NCBI GenBank assembly: GCA_030704615.1
Contig: CM060731.1
Coordinates: 1,302,001 to 1,366,000 of the forward strand
Reading direction: 5' to 3'
Length of the DNA: 64,000 nt
DNA from: Takakia lepidozioides
Taxonomy: Eukaryota; Plantae; Bryophyta
Shown here: positions 62,520-64,000 of the stretch, one piece after another
Numbering within the stretch: the first letter of the stretch is position 1
How the letters are laid out: every line of letters begins with the position of its first letter
The notes under the pieces: model-generated
Databases searched by the model: none
What the model saw: only the letters and a program-made list of their open reading frames with translations
Told to the model about the DNA's origin: nothing
Program-made: the position numbers and the translations under genes

Positions 62520-64000
62520 CACTAGAAGCATTCGTGTCATTTACCACTGGGATAACGACTCATTTTGAGTCGTAAAAATCAAAAAACAGGGATCGACTGG
62601 AAGTTACAACAGACGTGGTAGTTGGGTTGGACATCCAATGATTGGAGTGGTAAAGGACGTAGACGCGCGAACAACTGCTCAGCGATTAATGCGATTAATG
62701 CTGAAGAACCACGTGGCGTAACCAGGCGGGCCGCCCGTGTGTCTGATGTTTTGAGCTGACTTTGACTTTTCCCTCCGGATGAGTGGATTGACTCACCTAG
62801 GGCGCGGTGACACATGGACGCGGACGTGGATGCGGACGTGGATGTCGATGTGGCGGCACCGCGACGAGCGGTAATGCCGCCGCGTGGCCACGGGCTCAAG
62901 ACGCCACATCGCAGTCGGCCACATAACTTGGAGTGCTGCATGTCACGTGGCAACAGCCACTGGCGAAGTCGACTGCACAACTGCCGGCAGACAAATCCAC
63001 GGGGACCACGTGGAGAGTGTGTGGGTCGACGCGTGGCGTCGTCCCCACGCAATGGCAGTGAGGGGTACGACTGCTAGTGGAAAGACTCAGAGTGCTTGTG
63101 CCATCTCGGGACTGCTTTGGCCAACTCCGCTGCCACTATGCTAGTTGGTTGCACTACAGTAGGAAAGCACTGCAAATGAGCACTTGTAGTGGTTTGTGTG
63201 AGTTGTCCAACTGACTTGCATTCTAAGCTGAAAATATGGTTCTAATGCATTCTACTGGTTTTAGTGGTTCACCCATATGCAGGGGGAATTGAGAAGCAAT
63301 GATATTGGGCGACACTCAGAACACAGACCACGATGCATGCACAACATCACGCTAATGAACCAAATAGACGAGGCAATAGGGAGACCAAAGACCATCACAT
63401 ATACACATAGAAGGTGGACGGACACGACGACAAGTCAGGAAATGGAATATTGCATTCAAATTGGAGACCGTCGCGGCACACCTGCATATGAGCAAGACTA
63501 AATGCCAACATACATGGTTGCCGGACATCACTTAAACTGTCATGGCCCAAATGTACAAAACTGGTAACGTGAGTATCATACACACTTCTATGAGTATCAT
63601 TACACACCCAACATGGACTACAAACATGAAATGTCACTTGATACCTTCACCCCTCCTCATACTCTTCTCTGGCCACAGAGTCACCGTGCCTTTCACGTGC
63701 GCTAGTGTGGTCTGGGGGGGGGGCATCGTCCACATTTGGGCAAGGCAGTGTAACACTTGGAAGCATGATCTCGTGGACTTTCACCTTGTACCACCCGGAT
63801 GGAATGTCCTTGCAGTGGAACTTGTCAACCCCGGCTATTCCCACCACTTCCGCCTTGGCGGCGGCTGTCTTTGACCGCTTGTCATGGGGGTTCAGGAGAA
63901 ATACAGGATCTGATATCTGCAGACACCAACATCAGGGTCCACTCAGCAACAAACATAGCAATGACAGGGTGAAAGTCAAGCGCAGCTGGGCATGGAAACG
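62520..64000. mobile_element. CACTA element, second arm (inverted; runs off the window) with Tnp1/DUF8039-like exon
   Basis: Terminus CACTAGAAGCATTCGTGTC (62520-62538) is identical to 50226-50244 and is preceded by ATC (reverse complement of GAT). Minus-strand 63647-63847 reads KFHCKDIPSGWYKVKVHEIMLPSVTLPCP. Confidence 0.8.

Noticed and set aside
63071-63079. CTGCTAGTG as a CACTA right end closing a 560-bp element from 62520
   Set aside because: It matches the TIR only over CTAGTG and has no ATC TSD after it. The 62520 end is better explained as the partner of 50226.

Overview
This is eukaryotic DNA from a land plant, probably a non-seed plant such as a bryophyte or lycophyte (inferred from the gene and TE content). 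From 1-14 kb there are two ordinary spliced host genes: a LYAR/U1-type zinc-finger protein and a CCCH-KH RNA-binding protein. From 15-27 kb lie decayed DNA transposons (hAT, hAT MITEs, piggyBac-like, pogo-like). From 27-64 kb there is a nest of large DNA transposons. (1) An outer multi-gene element has a DUF7869/Sola1-like DDD transposase, a Pol II CTD-like repeat protein, a possible methyltransferase-fold protein and three FCP1/NIF-like HAD domains, and is marked by about 10 dispersed copies of a 24-bp palindrome. (2) An 11.3-kb Mutator-like element (9-bp TSD GTCTTCTCG, imperfect TIRs) is inserted in that transposase. Divergently from its own transposase it carries a 10-exon gene fusing a ParB/Srx-like domain to a prokaryote-type beta-class N4C/N6A DNA-methyltransferase fold, and two introns of this gene hold arrays of a 22-bp palindrome. 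(3) A CACTA element (3-bp TSD GAT) is inserted in a HAD gene and was later split by an inversion. The strongest candidate for a new system is transposon-borne ParB-MTase cargo plus element-specific palindromic sites. All domain calls come from motif recognition by eye, not from database searches.
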